A stretch of 19,272 nucleotides of DNA. Source: Octopus sinensis (Eukaryota). The stretch covers positions 1 through 19,272 of the forward strand of contig NW_021824272.1 of NCBI RefSeq assembly GCF_006345805.1. The letters are read 5' to 3'. Under the pieces are notes generated by a model that was not told the DNA's origin, did no database searches, and saw only the letters and a program-made list of their open reading frames with translations. The position numbers and the translations under genes are program-made. This document shows positions 1 to 10,243 of this stretch, piece by piece; positions within the stretch are counted from its first letter, which is position 1; each line of letters begins with the position of its first letter.

Positions 1-200
1 AGAGAGGAAGAAGAAGAAGAAGAGAAAGGAGGAAGAAGAAGAAGAGGAGGAAGAAGAAGAAGAAGAAGAGAGGAAGAAGGAAGAAAGGAAGGAAAGAAAA
101 GAAGAAGAAGAAGACGAAGAAGAGGGGAGAGAAGAAGAAGAAGAAGAGGAAGAAGAAGTGGAGAAAGAAGAAGAGGAGGAAGAAGGAGAGGAGGAGGAGG
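1..200. repeat. Purine-only (GAA/GAG)n low-complexity tract
   Basis: Near-continuous gaa/gag triplets on the + strand, running off the window start. Confidence 0.95.
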
Positions 201-637
201 TGCATGGGTGAAGCTGGTACTGGTGCTTCTTCTACTCTTCTTTTTCTTCTTCTTCCAATCAGGACTCACTAATTCGAGCCTACTCTAAGCTACTAAGAGT
301 GCGCGTGGCAACTTGAAGATCCACCCACCACGCGCGATAGACTGGCGGTTGCACGGGCACAAAAGCTACGTTGTTGTCTCCATTCCGTAAACGGTGGTTT
401 TTAACGGGTGGGGTGCTGAACCATCTTGGGGTACAGAGGATTCGCAATCTAGACTAGGGTCTGAAAGTTACCACACCATTGTGGGTTACATCATGGTTCC
501 TCTGCTTTGTGGCAGAAGTAGGAAGAAAGAGTGAGAGAACGTTGTGAAAGATTATAGCGGGGTTGTGGAAGAGTACAGTGGAGCTTAAGGTGTTTTTGCT
601 CAATAAACAGTAGTATTGCTCAATAAGCAGTAGTATT

Positions 638-908
638 GGTGGTGGTGGTGGTGGTAGTGGTGGTGGTGGTAGCAGTGGTATTGGTGGTGGTGGTGGTAGT
701 GGTGGTGGTGGTGGTGGTGGTGGTGGTGGTGGCAGTGGTATTGGTGGTGGTGGTGGTGGTGTAGCAGTGGTATTGGTGGTGGTGGTGGTGGTAGCAGTGG
801 TATTGGTGGTGGTGGTAGTGCTGGTGGTGGTGGTGGTGGTGGTGGTGGAAGTGGTGGTGGTGGAGGTGGTGGTGACGGAGCTGCTTTCCGTTGTTGTTGT
901 TGTTGCTG
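638..908. repeat. (GGT)n microsatellite with a higher-order unit, ending in (GTT)n
   Basis: ggt runs interrupted by gcagtggtattggt at 672, 732, 764 and 794. Explains the poly-T/P/H/V ORFs 454..939, 620..1033 and 767..955. Confidence 0.95.
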
Positions 909-1317
909 TTTCTGGTTGCATTGGTGACGAGGATAACAACGACGACAGTGTATAACCGCAGGTCAGACTTGATCCAGTCGACCACGATCAAAGATGCCAG
1001 AGTGTCCCTTCCTTTTCCCTGCACACAATACACTCGAACCTACATCATCTGACGTTAACGGATCATTTGAGGAAGCGTTCGACTGTTATTTCTAGCAGGT
1101 CGAATTACCAAGGTGAGCAGGGGTCTCCGAAGTGTGCTTCGCGGCACTTTAATGTGTCGCCAATAATCTTTATAGGAGACGTGCAATTAAGTCAAATGTG
1201 ATTAATTTTTGGAGAAGTATAATTAGGATTTTGTCATCTCTGTATGCAATCAGACACGTGACTGGTGACACGTGATTGATCTAATTGTTTATTTGATGGT
1301 TGGGCTGGTCTTGATCA

Positions 1318-1683
1318 TGGTGGTGGTGGTGGTGGTGGTAGTTTTGTAGAGGATGATGATAACGAAAACGAGGATGAGGAAGAAGTGGAAGAGGAGAAGG
1401 GGAGGAGGAGGAAGATGAGGTGGAGGAAGAGGAGGAGGAAGAAGAAGAAGAGAAGGAGGAGGAGGAGGAGGAGGAGGAAGAAGGAGAAGAAGGAGAAGAA
1501 GAAGAAGAAGAAGAAGAAGAAGAAGAGGAGGAGGAGGAGGAGTAAGATAGAGCTGGTGACTTCGACGACGACGATGATGATTGTGATGTTGGCGTTAATA
1601 AGAGTGAGGATGCTGCTAATGACGACGACGACGATGCTGATGACGATGATGATGATGATGATGATGATGACGATGATGATGAC

Positions 1684-1715
<32 letters not shown>

Positions 1716-1772
1716 CGATGATGATGATGATGATGATGATGACGATGATGATGATGATGATGATGATGATGT
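1318..1772. repeat. Compound triplet microsatellite (GGT)n-(GAG/AAG)n-(GAC/GAT)n
   Basis: Read directly. Explains the poly-S, poly-I and poly-M ORFs 1281..1793, 1315..1806 and 1385..1852. Confidence 0.95.
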
Positions 1773-2402
1773 TGACGGCGACAATAAAGTCAATGTTTAA
1801 CCCCAAAATCAGCCCCGGTGGATCAGATCAGGATCAAAGGTATGCAATTTGACACGTGATATTTATTTTTGCTTGCAACAACCGGTTCTTCTGGTCAAAC
1901 TATCGTATCTCCACCTGCTTCAGATGCCAAGATATCAAAAATTGTCAAAGTGTAGTGCAACAGTTTTGCTATGGAATGATGAAACTACTTTTTTCGTTTT
2001 CTGAAAGGAAAAAGAAAAGGCAACGTTTTGGACTTACGACACTTTTACATAATACCAACGATATATTCTTGAGCAAATTTTTTAATGTTTAACAGACGTT
2101 TACACCTCACAGAGTTTGAATACCTCATGCAATTTGAACTATTAGCACCAAACTTTGAAATACATGTGGCGACTTGATAAGACCCTGCGCGGAATTTGAT
2201 CGTCAGAGATTTCGCATAATTTTTTCTCTTCTCACACAGGGAAGTCTTCGAATATTCTTGCATCAACGAATTTAGTATAGTTCTACACTCTAACTCGATT
2301 CTCTGGTCTGTCAACATGCGACTGCGACTAACGCTGTTGTTGTTGATGTTGTTGTTACGCTTTTTTTCCTATGCTTTTTGTACACTTTTTTTTCTATGGA
2401 AA

Positions 2403-2490
2403 TTATGAAGACGCCGCCATGTTTTTATGAGCAATTCCCGAAATGATCTTTCCAAAATAAGTGCTTGAAAACTAATAGAGATTGGTCGAG
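2403..2490 (-). promoter_or_regulatory. Candidate promoter-proximal region: YY1-type motif plus CCAAT box
   Basis: Minus strand reads CCAAT (2481-2485) and then AAAAACATGGCGGCG (2411-2426 region), matching the YY1 consensus AANATGGCGGC. Motif match only, no functional evidence. Confidence 0.25.
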
Positions 2491-2694
2491 TTTTTAATGG
2501 CACTTGTGGTTTCAAGAAACACTTGCTTCTTTTAAGAAAGTAGAAATCGATATATATATATATATATATATAAATTTTAAAAGATAAGAAACATTTTCTT
2601 GAACCAAAAATCAAAACTTTCGCCATTCAAAATTTAACTTCTCTTGATTTTCAAAAACAAAAAAATGTTATTGTTTTGCATTTTCGTTTGAATA

Positions 2695-3005
2695 TTTTTT
2701 TTCGTTTTTTTTTTTAATTTTTTATTTATATTATTTTTATTTTTATACTATTTTTATTTTTATTTCTATTATTTTATTTTTATTTTCATTTCTATTTTTT
2801 ATTCCTATTTTTCATTTTTTACTTTTTATTTTTATTCTTCTAATTTTTATTTTTTTACTTTTTAATTTTTATTTTTATTTTCATTTGTATATTTTTTTAT
2901 TTATGCTTTATTTTTTATTTCTATTCTTTTTATCTTTTATCTTTACACTTATTTTTATATATTTATTTTGTTTATTTATATCTATATATTTTACTTCTTT
3001 TTTTA
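2695..3005. repeat. T-rich low-complexity tract (degenerate TTTTTA/TTTTA)
   Basis: Almost only T and A, with sparse C. Confidence 0.9.
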
Positions 3006-3224
3006 CTTCCTTAATGAGAGGTTCCTCTTCGTTAGTGGTTTTAGCGATAGAGCTGTATTTGTGAAAAGGTCTGCTGTTAATGGGTAGATATATCTGTTCT
3101 GATGAGGGTGGCGAGAGAGAGAGCAGGGCTGTGGCGGTGAGAGTGAATATATATTGGCGTAGGTATGACGTTTGTAGGAATGAGTGCTGAATATGAGGAG
3201 GAGGATTGTGATGTAGGTTTACAT

Positions 3225-3560
3225 GAATGTGTATGTGTGTGTGAATGATTGAGTTTTGTAGAATGTTGTGTGTATATGTCGTGGTATATTGTATATGACC
3301 ATATGAGAGCCTGTATGGGTTATGGTATGTTGTGTATGTTATGTTGTGTGCATGTAGGTGAGCGTGTATGTTTTGGTATATTGCATTGTATGTGTGTGTG
3401 CATGTGTGTGTATATGTGTGTTACAGTATGGTGTGCATGTGTTATGGTATGTTGTATGGGTGAATGAATTATTTCATGTGTGCGTTATAGTATGATTCGT
3501 GTATGTGTGTGTACATATGTATTATGTCATGTGTACTATGATATGTGTGTGTGTGTGTCT
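3225..3560. repeat. Degenerate (TG/TA)n tract
   Basis: Eroded tgtg/tatg repeats. Explains ORF 3249..3467. Confidence 0.85.
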
Positions 3561-3834
3561 ATTATGGGTGTAGATATAGACTATTGACGGCTTTCGAGTA
3601 AACATCGCTGTAGCTTGCTATGTATATATCTCAATGATGTGAGTGCATGTAGTGTAGTGTATATACTTTATATGTGTGTAGAGATGTTGCATGTAGATAA
3701 AGGCTTTGTATTGAGTGAGTGTATATTAACGTTTGTATATTCATACAGATATATCGAGTGAATGTCTTTAGATGTTGTAGTGTGCATTGATACGTAAAGC
3801 ATATGCAGAAGGCCTAGTTTAAAATAATTCTATA

Positions 3835-4100
3835 CATACATACACACATACACATACATATATATACATATATATCTGTGTTATATATATATATATATAT
3901 ATATATGTAATATATATATATATATATATATACTATATATTTTGTGTGTGTGTGTGTATATAACATATATATGTGTGTATATTATATATATATATATATG
4001 TGTATGTGTGTGTGTGTGTGTACGTACGTGTGTATGTATGTATGTATGTATATGTGTGTGTGAGAATGTATATAGAGAGAGGGGGAGGAGAAGGAGAGAA
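3835..4100. repeat. Compound (CATA)/(TA)n/(TG)n/(AG)n microsatellite
   Basis: Read directly. Confidence 0.95.
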
Positions 4101-4135
4101 ATGGTACTGGCCAAAGTAGCATTAATTTTTTTAGG

Positions 4136-4210
4136 TCGTTCAATTTTTCTCAATTGATCAATAGACCAATTGAGTAAACCTATCAGTAATGTACCTATAA
4201 TGACTACTGG
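4136..4210 (-). mobile_element. Possible short relic of an R4/Dong-type non-LTR reverse transcriptase (thumb region)
   Basis: Minus strand translates PVVIIGTLLIGLLNWSIDQLRKIER, resembling from memory the PV..Y..GI..W...EL..ID.K segment that follows the RT domain in R4/Dong elements. Short and unverified. Confidence 0.25.
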
Positions 4211-4390
4211 AAACAGCTGTAAGCCAAATTTGCTATAATAATAGAAAGATATGTAATGACCATTATTTATACCTTGTCTTATATGTATACAAGTATAGAG
4301 ATTGCACAAATGTGTACGGATGTATGAAGTGTGCGTAGAACAGTTTGATGTATGAAGTGTTAGGGTGAGTGTTGCATGTATATATATATA

Positions 4391-4826
4391 TTCTTTTATG
4401 CTTTTCCTTGTTTCGGTCATGACTGTGGCGATGCTGGAGCACCGCCTTAAAGTGATTTTTAGTTGAACAAATCGACCCCAGGGCTTATTCTTTGTAAGCC
4501 TAGTACTTATTCTATCGGTCTCTTTTGCCGAACCGTTATGTTACGGGGACGTAAACACACCAACATCGGCTGTCAAGTGATGTCAAGCGAGGAGGACAAA
4601 CATAAACACAAAAGCACACATACATAAATACACACACACATACATATATATATACATATATACGACGGGCTTCTTTCAGTTTCCATCTACTAAATCCACT
4701 CACAAGACTTTGGTCAGCCCGAGGCTATAGTAGAAGACACTTGCCTAACGTACCACGCAGTGGGATTGTACCCGGAACTATGTGGCTGGTAAGCAAGCTT
4801 CATACACACAGCCACTCCTGCGCCTA
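4391..4826 (-). mobile_element. tRNA-derived SINE, family A, full-length copy (octopus OK/OR-like)
   Basis: Minus strand: tRNA-like head, degenerate B box GGTACAATCCC (4762-4772), internal CA/TA microsatellite (about 4600-4662), 3' body and tail. 4484-4535 matches 17724-17775 at 51/52 nt. Confidence 0.92.
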
Positions 4827-4874
4827 TTATATGTGTGTGTGTATTTATGTATGCATGGATGTAAGCATATACAC

Positions 4875-4875
<1 letters not shown>

Positions 4876-4963
<88 letters not shown>
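4876..4963. repeat. (AGAT)n tetranucleotide microsatellite
   Basis: Perfect array of about 22 units. Confidence 0.97.
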
Positions 4964-5069
4964 ACTACGTAGATACAAGCTTGTTAAATTTTCCTCGTTC
5001 TCCGTAGACTGAAGACATGATCGATTTTCGAACCTTGCTGAATTTTTAAGAGTGGTTGCTACATCTCTT

Positions 5070-5156
5070 GACCAATCCCAGAGCAATACGTAGCCAATCT
5101 GTTTATATACACAACAAATTCGGCAGCTTCTGTAAACAGAAGCCACTAATTTGCAT
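5070..5156. promoter_or_regulatory. Candidate cis-regulatory cluster (two CCAAT, two forkhead-type, one octamer)
   Basis: GACCAATC (CCAAT 5072-5076), AGCCAATC (CCAAT 5094-5098), TGTTTAT 5100-5106, TGTAAACA 5131-5138, ATTTGCAT 5149-5156. Motif matches only. Confidence 0.25.
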
Positions 5157-5841
5157 ACGATACGCATTTAACACTTCATTTAATATTCGTAGAGAATGGT
5201 CGAATATACAAAAGAAAGTTGCACTCGACGTGTTTAGTCGTAGATGTGAATATATTTAACAAGATGATTCAGGTGTGCATTACTTAAAGTTTCTTTAGTG
5301 TAGAAGTTATCCACATCCTCAAATGTCTGGAGTTAGGAAGACGTCAGTACAATCTGCTCTCGATAAGTAATGCAGAACTGAGCTAATCTGGTACCCGTAC
5401 GCACACACACGCACATACACGCACATACACACATATTGCTCTTACTTTTCTGAATTTATCATTTTAAAAAAAATCAACCCTGATTGAATTTTTTTTTTTT
5501 TAGTGACACTCCATATTTGAGCGTTCCGTATATGGCCTAATGCATTATCTGATGCAAACTTGATTTATGTAAAGTGTATAATGTAATTTAAAGAAAGTGT
5601 AGCTGTTATTTCTGGTTGATCATGCGCATAAAGGCGCCCACTTAGGCCCACAATGTCGGAACTGCTAATGGTGTTAATCTTGAAAAACATTATTTGCTCT
5701 ATCTGTTGCAAAATAAATTACGTAATCAGAGTTAACTAATCATCAGAGGGCCCAGAGTAGAAATGCTGTCAAGCTTGTTACAGGTGTGTGTTTTTGCAAT
5801 GAGAATGTCGTTATATTCAAAACCTTGCTAGTCACCACCGT

Positions 5842-5911
5842 ACATACACATACATATATGTATACACACACACATATCTATCTATATATATATATAGTGT
5901 GTGTGTGTGTG

Positions 5912-5968
<57 letters not shown>
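5842..5968. repeat. (CA/TA)n followed by (TG)n microsatellite
   Basis: Read directly. Confidence 0.95.
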
Positions 5969-5969
<1 letters not shown>

Positions 5970-6147
5970 TTCTGAAATTAGAGTAACTACACTCCAGTCC
6001 GTAAACACCATAAAAATTAATCAAAGAATTCTAACATTCTTTCTGTTAGCTTCCAGACTCCATTATCAGTTTCAAAATCACTGGAATTGAACGAGACCTA
6101 TGGTGCTCTGCGTCCGCAAAAATCTAACCAAGAAAGCAAAAAAAAAT

Positions 6148-6432
<285 letters not shown>

Positions 6433-7206
6433 AAAAATAACACAAAAGCAAAAATTGTAAACGTTTTAAAAAAACAGAATTATCATTTAAATGCCCACCC
6501 CACCGCTAATGATTTATAATGAACTCCTGCATTGGCTAAATAAGGGGTACATAAGCCGCTATAATCTGTTTAGTTGTTGTTGTTGTTTCTTTGTTGTTGT
6601 TGATGTTGTTGTTGCTTAGCCTCATGTGATCCCTGATAGAGTAATGATGAAAAGCTTGCCAGTTTTGTTAAAACCAGTTTTGTTTTTAGCAGTTTTTTTT
6701 CCCTGATTGTCTTTCTCTGACATATTATATCTTGCATTATTCAATGATTTTAAGCTGAGCTTCACAAACGCTTTTTCTGAGGGGTTTTTTAAATTTTTAC
6801 TTTTAACTGTCGCCTTCTTTTCTCTCACTAATACTTTTTTTCAAAGCAACAGGAAAAGCAGCAACAGGAAACTTCAAAACAACAACAATTATACGAATAA
6901 TAGAACGAACCACCTCTCCTAAGACAGGCCTCTCCCCGATCGAGCGCACACAGACATGTCTGTGTGGTGAAAGGAGCGGTGAGGGGGCATAAATGATGAA
7001 AATGACCCTTGCAAAGGAACGGAAACGAAGTAAAAAAAAGCGCCAACGAAAACACTGGCAGATATGAACAAACAGAAGAGAAGCATTTGAGCAACGATGC
7101 ACCAGCACCACCCCACATCAGCAGCCACACGACTGATATCAGTGATGTCGACCCCCATCACCGACACCACCACCATCGCTGACACAACCACCACAAATAC
7201 AGACAC

Positions 7207-7530
7207 GGCTAATTTATACGCACGCGCACATACACGCATACACACATACACACACTCACTCACACACACGCACTCACGCACACGCATATTCTAGCATATA
7301 CACACGCATACACATACACGCACACAGAAACACACATACACACACGCGCACACACGCTTATACACAGACGCACACACGCACACACGCACACACATACTCT
7401 AGCATATACACATATACACATATACACATACACATACACGCACACACAAACACACATACACACACGCACACACACGCTTATACACAGACGCGCACACACA
7501 TACACACAGTACACACACACGCACACATAC
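7207..7530. repeat. Degenerate (CA)n tract containing a 108-nt tandem duplication
   Basis: Unit starting ctagcatatacac at 7291 and 7399. Both copies contain cacacgcttatacacagacgc. Confidence 0.9.
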
Positions 7531-7899
7531 AAACATTAAAAAAGTAAACCAACACGAAGAGAAAAGCAAGAAATCATTAACTCTACAAGTAATAAACACG
7601 AGTAATAAAAAGACTAATGGATCACATCCAACACACAAGCTTCTCTCACACACAAAACTTCATTACATTAATTAATAGCACTACAGCTCTCACATATAAA
7701 TTATCCAAATATCACAACACCCATAAAGCATTTCATAAAATAAATACCCAAATGGAGTAGGAAATTCTGTGAGAATATAAACAAAAGACTATAAAGAACC
7801 GCTTGTGATAAGACTCACAGCCATCCAGCGCAACAGAATACTTATCTCCCCTTGGAAATAAGGTTCGTGGCCCTTTCCTACCTTATTCCTTCCGTGTAA

Positions 7900-9722
7900 C
7901 TCGGAATAGGCAGTATAAATGCTCGTTGCCTGGAGTCACCGTGGAAGTAGTACCACCAGCTTCACAGACACAGGTCACCGGATATATATGTGGTGACATC
8001 AGCGAGAACAGAATTTCCAAGCCACGAACCTTCACGCCCGTTTTCGGGTGGATACGTGCCTGTGTTCTTACGGAAGGGTTTGGATCTCAAGATATGGACC
8101 GTCCTCTTGGACCCAGAAAGTAAGTTTTTGGTCCTGGAGGTGGCGAGTAACGATCGGAATGTATTCAGATTTGTAGCTGTCCACGCTCCGACGGGAGTGA
8201 GCGACCAGGTTTTGCTGAGACATCTGGAAATTTATGCGAATGCAAGGTTTGGAAAGCTGATATGTAGGTAGGGCTAGCTGATATGGAAAGTAAGTGCAAA
8301 ATCCATGCAAATCTACTCGCACGTTTCCAACCGCCTGAAAAGAGCCGACTAGATTTCCCAAATGTGCCAGTGTGGATATAGACTAACAGCATCAGGTCAT
8401 CCAGATAGTATTTAAAGTTTTCTGTAGCGCAGAAGATAGGATAGTATAAGCTGTGCTCAATTTAAAATCACCAGCTACACAGCCACACCGCAAATTTAGG
8501 TGCTGTAGTATCCAACTTAAATATACTGCATAAACAAGGAACCGGTCACTGGAAGCTGAACGCGTATTTCTTAGCATGCTCAAAGAGCAGATTAGAAAGT
8601 AGTTAAGCGGGACTTGAAAGAGTCAATCGTTAACAACAAGTTATGTTTCGTCCTGAAACGGGAGATCAGAATTTAAAAGATTTCGTAAGATTGCAACAAT
8701 TGAGGAAATTAGAATAGAGAGAGAGACTTAGTCAAAAATTTAGAAGAGGCTCTCAGAATATCCATTGCAATGGATGTGCTTGAGTTGAGATTGGTCCTGG
8801 ACAAATTCTTCAACGTGAAGCACGAAGGCTGCGCTATCGTAGACACGAGGGGACGAAAGTCCTCCGATGGTTTCGAATGGCAAAAGCGCAACGGGGCAAC
8901 GGAGCTACAATTCGGAAATATGTGGATCATGATGGACGCATGTAACTTGATTCCAAGTGGATGTGCGTGGCTTTTCAATAGTATTTCATTCGGTTGTTTG
9001 AGACGAATGGCAGGCCAAAACACAGGATGAATTTCAGTGCCTTTACACGACTAGCGGATGGGTTTCAGACGCTTTACATGACTAGCGGCAAGAGAGACGG
9101 AATGGTACGAGGAGCCCATAAAAGCTCAAGAAATACAGGAAGCGATGGTTGGCTGAGGTTGGGGCGGGAACAAATCGCTTAGTTTGTATTGTCTGCCCTA
9201 CGAGATTTAGTTTTGTATACCAGACTTGTTTGGGGACCTCTTGGCCGATAGCTACTGCCACTGCAAAACAACGCAAGAATTCTCAGTTCAACGAGTCGAG
9301 AAGCAGTGGAGCAACTGAAAAAGGACCCAAACAATGGGGATAATTTTGGCTCATAAATCTGATAAACGCAGATTTCATAATCTTGGGAATGTTGATGGCG
9401 CATGTTGTCGTCGCTCTTATTGGTGATTTTCAAACATCTCGAACAGATATAGCCACAGCCTCCATCTCATACGATACATCATAGATAGCATTGGTAAAGA
9501 ACCTGGCGTGGATGAAGTTCTGATCAATTTATATCAGTCAAAGGCTTTCGATGTAGTTGGCCATCAGTATTTAGCGGCTGTCCTCATGGCAGCCGGTTTT
9601 GGCCCTGTCTTCCGCGGTTGGACGGCCGCAATGTAGAGGGACACTAGACTCATACTTTCGCTCGGTTTATCGATGCTGCCCGTCACGTCTCTTCTGTATG
9701 TTCTGACTGTTGTGCCACTAGT
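7900..9722 (+). mobile_element. Decayed Tx1/L1-type non-LTR retrotransposon ORF2 (APE endonuclease, linker, N-terminal half of RT), 3' part missing
   Basis: Across frames: IGSINARCL (7905-7931, APE start NVRGL-like), FLRKGLDLKIWTVLLDPESKFLVLEV..FRFVAVHAPT (to 8193), GTGHWKLNAYFL (WKLN 8550-8561, L1/Tx1 linker hallmark), INLYQSKAFDVVGHQYLAAVLMAAGFGPVFRGW (QSKAFD 9535-9552), SLLYVLTVVPL (to 9720). Many true stop codons and indels. No YADD segment. Confidence 0.88.
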
Positions 9723-9816
9723 AAAACCAAAAACGTACGGGGAAACAAAAATCGTACGGCGGAAACAAAAAACATATACATACATACATTCATACATACA
9801 GACAGACAGACATATT

Positions 9817-9954
9817 CGACGGGTTTCTTTCAGTTTCCACCAACAAAATCCACTCATAGGGCTTTGGTCGGCCCGAGGCTATGACAGAAGACACTTGCCC
9901 AAGGTGTCACACAGCGGGACTGAATCGGAACTATGCGGCTGGGAAGCTACTTAC
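9817..9954 (-). mobile_element. tRNA-derived SINE, family A, partial diverged copy (head and core only)
   Basis: cgacgggtttctttcagtttcc..aaatccactca..ggctttggtcggcccgaggctat..agaagacacttgcccaaggtg..gggactgaa matches the copies at 4663-4826 and 17886-18050. A box and 3' body are not recognisable. Confidence 0.88.
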
Positions 9955-10243
9955 GCGTTAATTTCATGAGCAGGTTGTTCCGTTTCTAAGATCAACTGAA
10001 ACACCCATCCTAGTAAACCGACGAAGTACCAGTTTAATTTGCATGTCTGGATTTCAATATCTTTATCTAATTTCAATTTCTTTATCGAGTATGATATTCT
10101 TGGTCTTAAATAGTTCTCCTCTCTTCAATGTCACTTTGGCACGTTTTTTCTAAACCGAATCTTATAACGATTTCTTTACTAGAACCGTGTACTATCAGCA
10201 GGAGTATTATTATTAATTTGATTATTATGAAAGCAATATTGAA

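Noticed and set aside
454-1852. Long homopolymeric ORFs (poly-T/P/H/S/I/M/V) in the ORF track
   Set aside because: They are translations of triplet microsatellites that are open in several frames on both strands. The same applies to the ORFs at 6087-6434, 10495-11567 and the HT/YI/CV-repeat ORFs.
3010-3225. Complex island whose minus strand reads TPIYIHSHRHSPALSLATLIRTDIST, faintly like an APE endonuclease segment
   Set aside because: The diagnostic GGG and neighbouring motifs are absent, so it is too weak to call. CTGATGA at 3099 has no stem II or GAAA, so it is not a hammerhead ribozyme.
4207-4223. Resemblance to the M13 reverse primer (GGAAACAGCT)
   Set aside because: Only 10 nt match and the flanks are not vector sequence, so contamination is not indicated.
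3881-4420. 179-aa minus-strand ORF
   Set aside because: It starts inside the SINE tail and ends in (TA)/(CA) repeats. Only the central 25 residues are informative and are reported separately.
5736-5750. CTGATGA on the minus strand as a hammerhead core
   Set aside because: No stem II followed by GAAA downstream.
7914-7920. TATAAAT as a TATA box
   Set aside because: It lies within the codons for S-I-N of the Tx1 endonuclease start (IGSINARCL).
10037-10044. Second octamer ATTTGCAT (plus ATGCAAAT at 8305-8312)
   Set aside because: Isolated 8-mers are expected by chance in AT-rich DNA. One lies inside the Tx1 relic, and no snRNA gene or supporting motifs are nearby.
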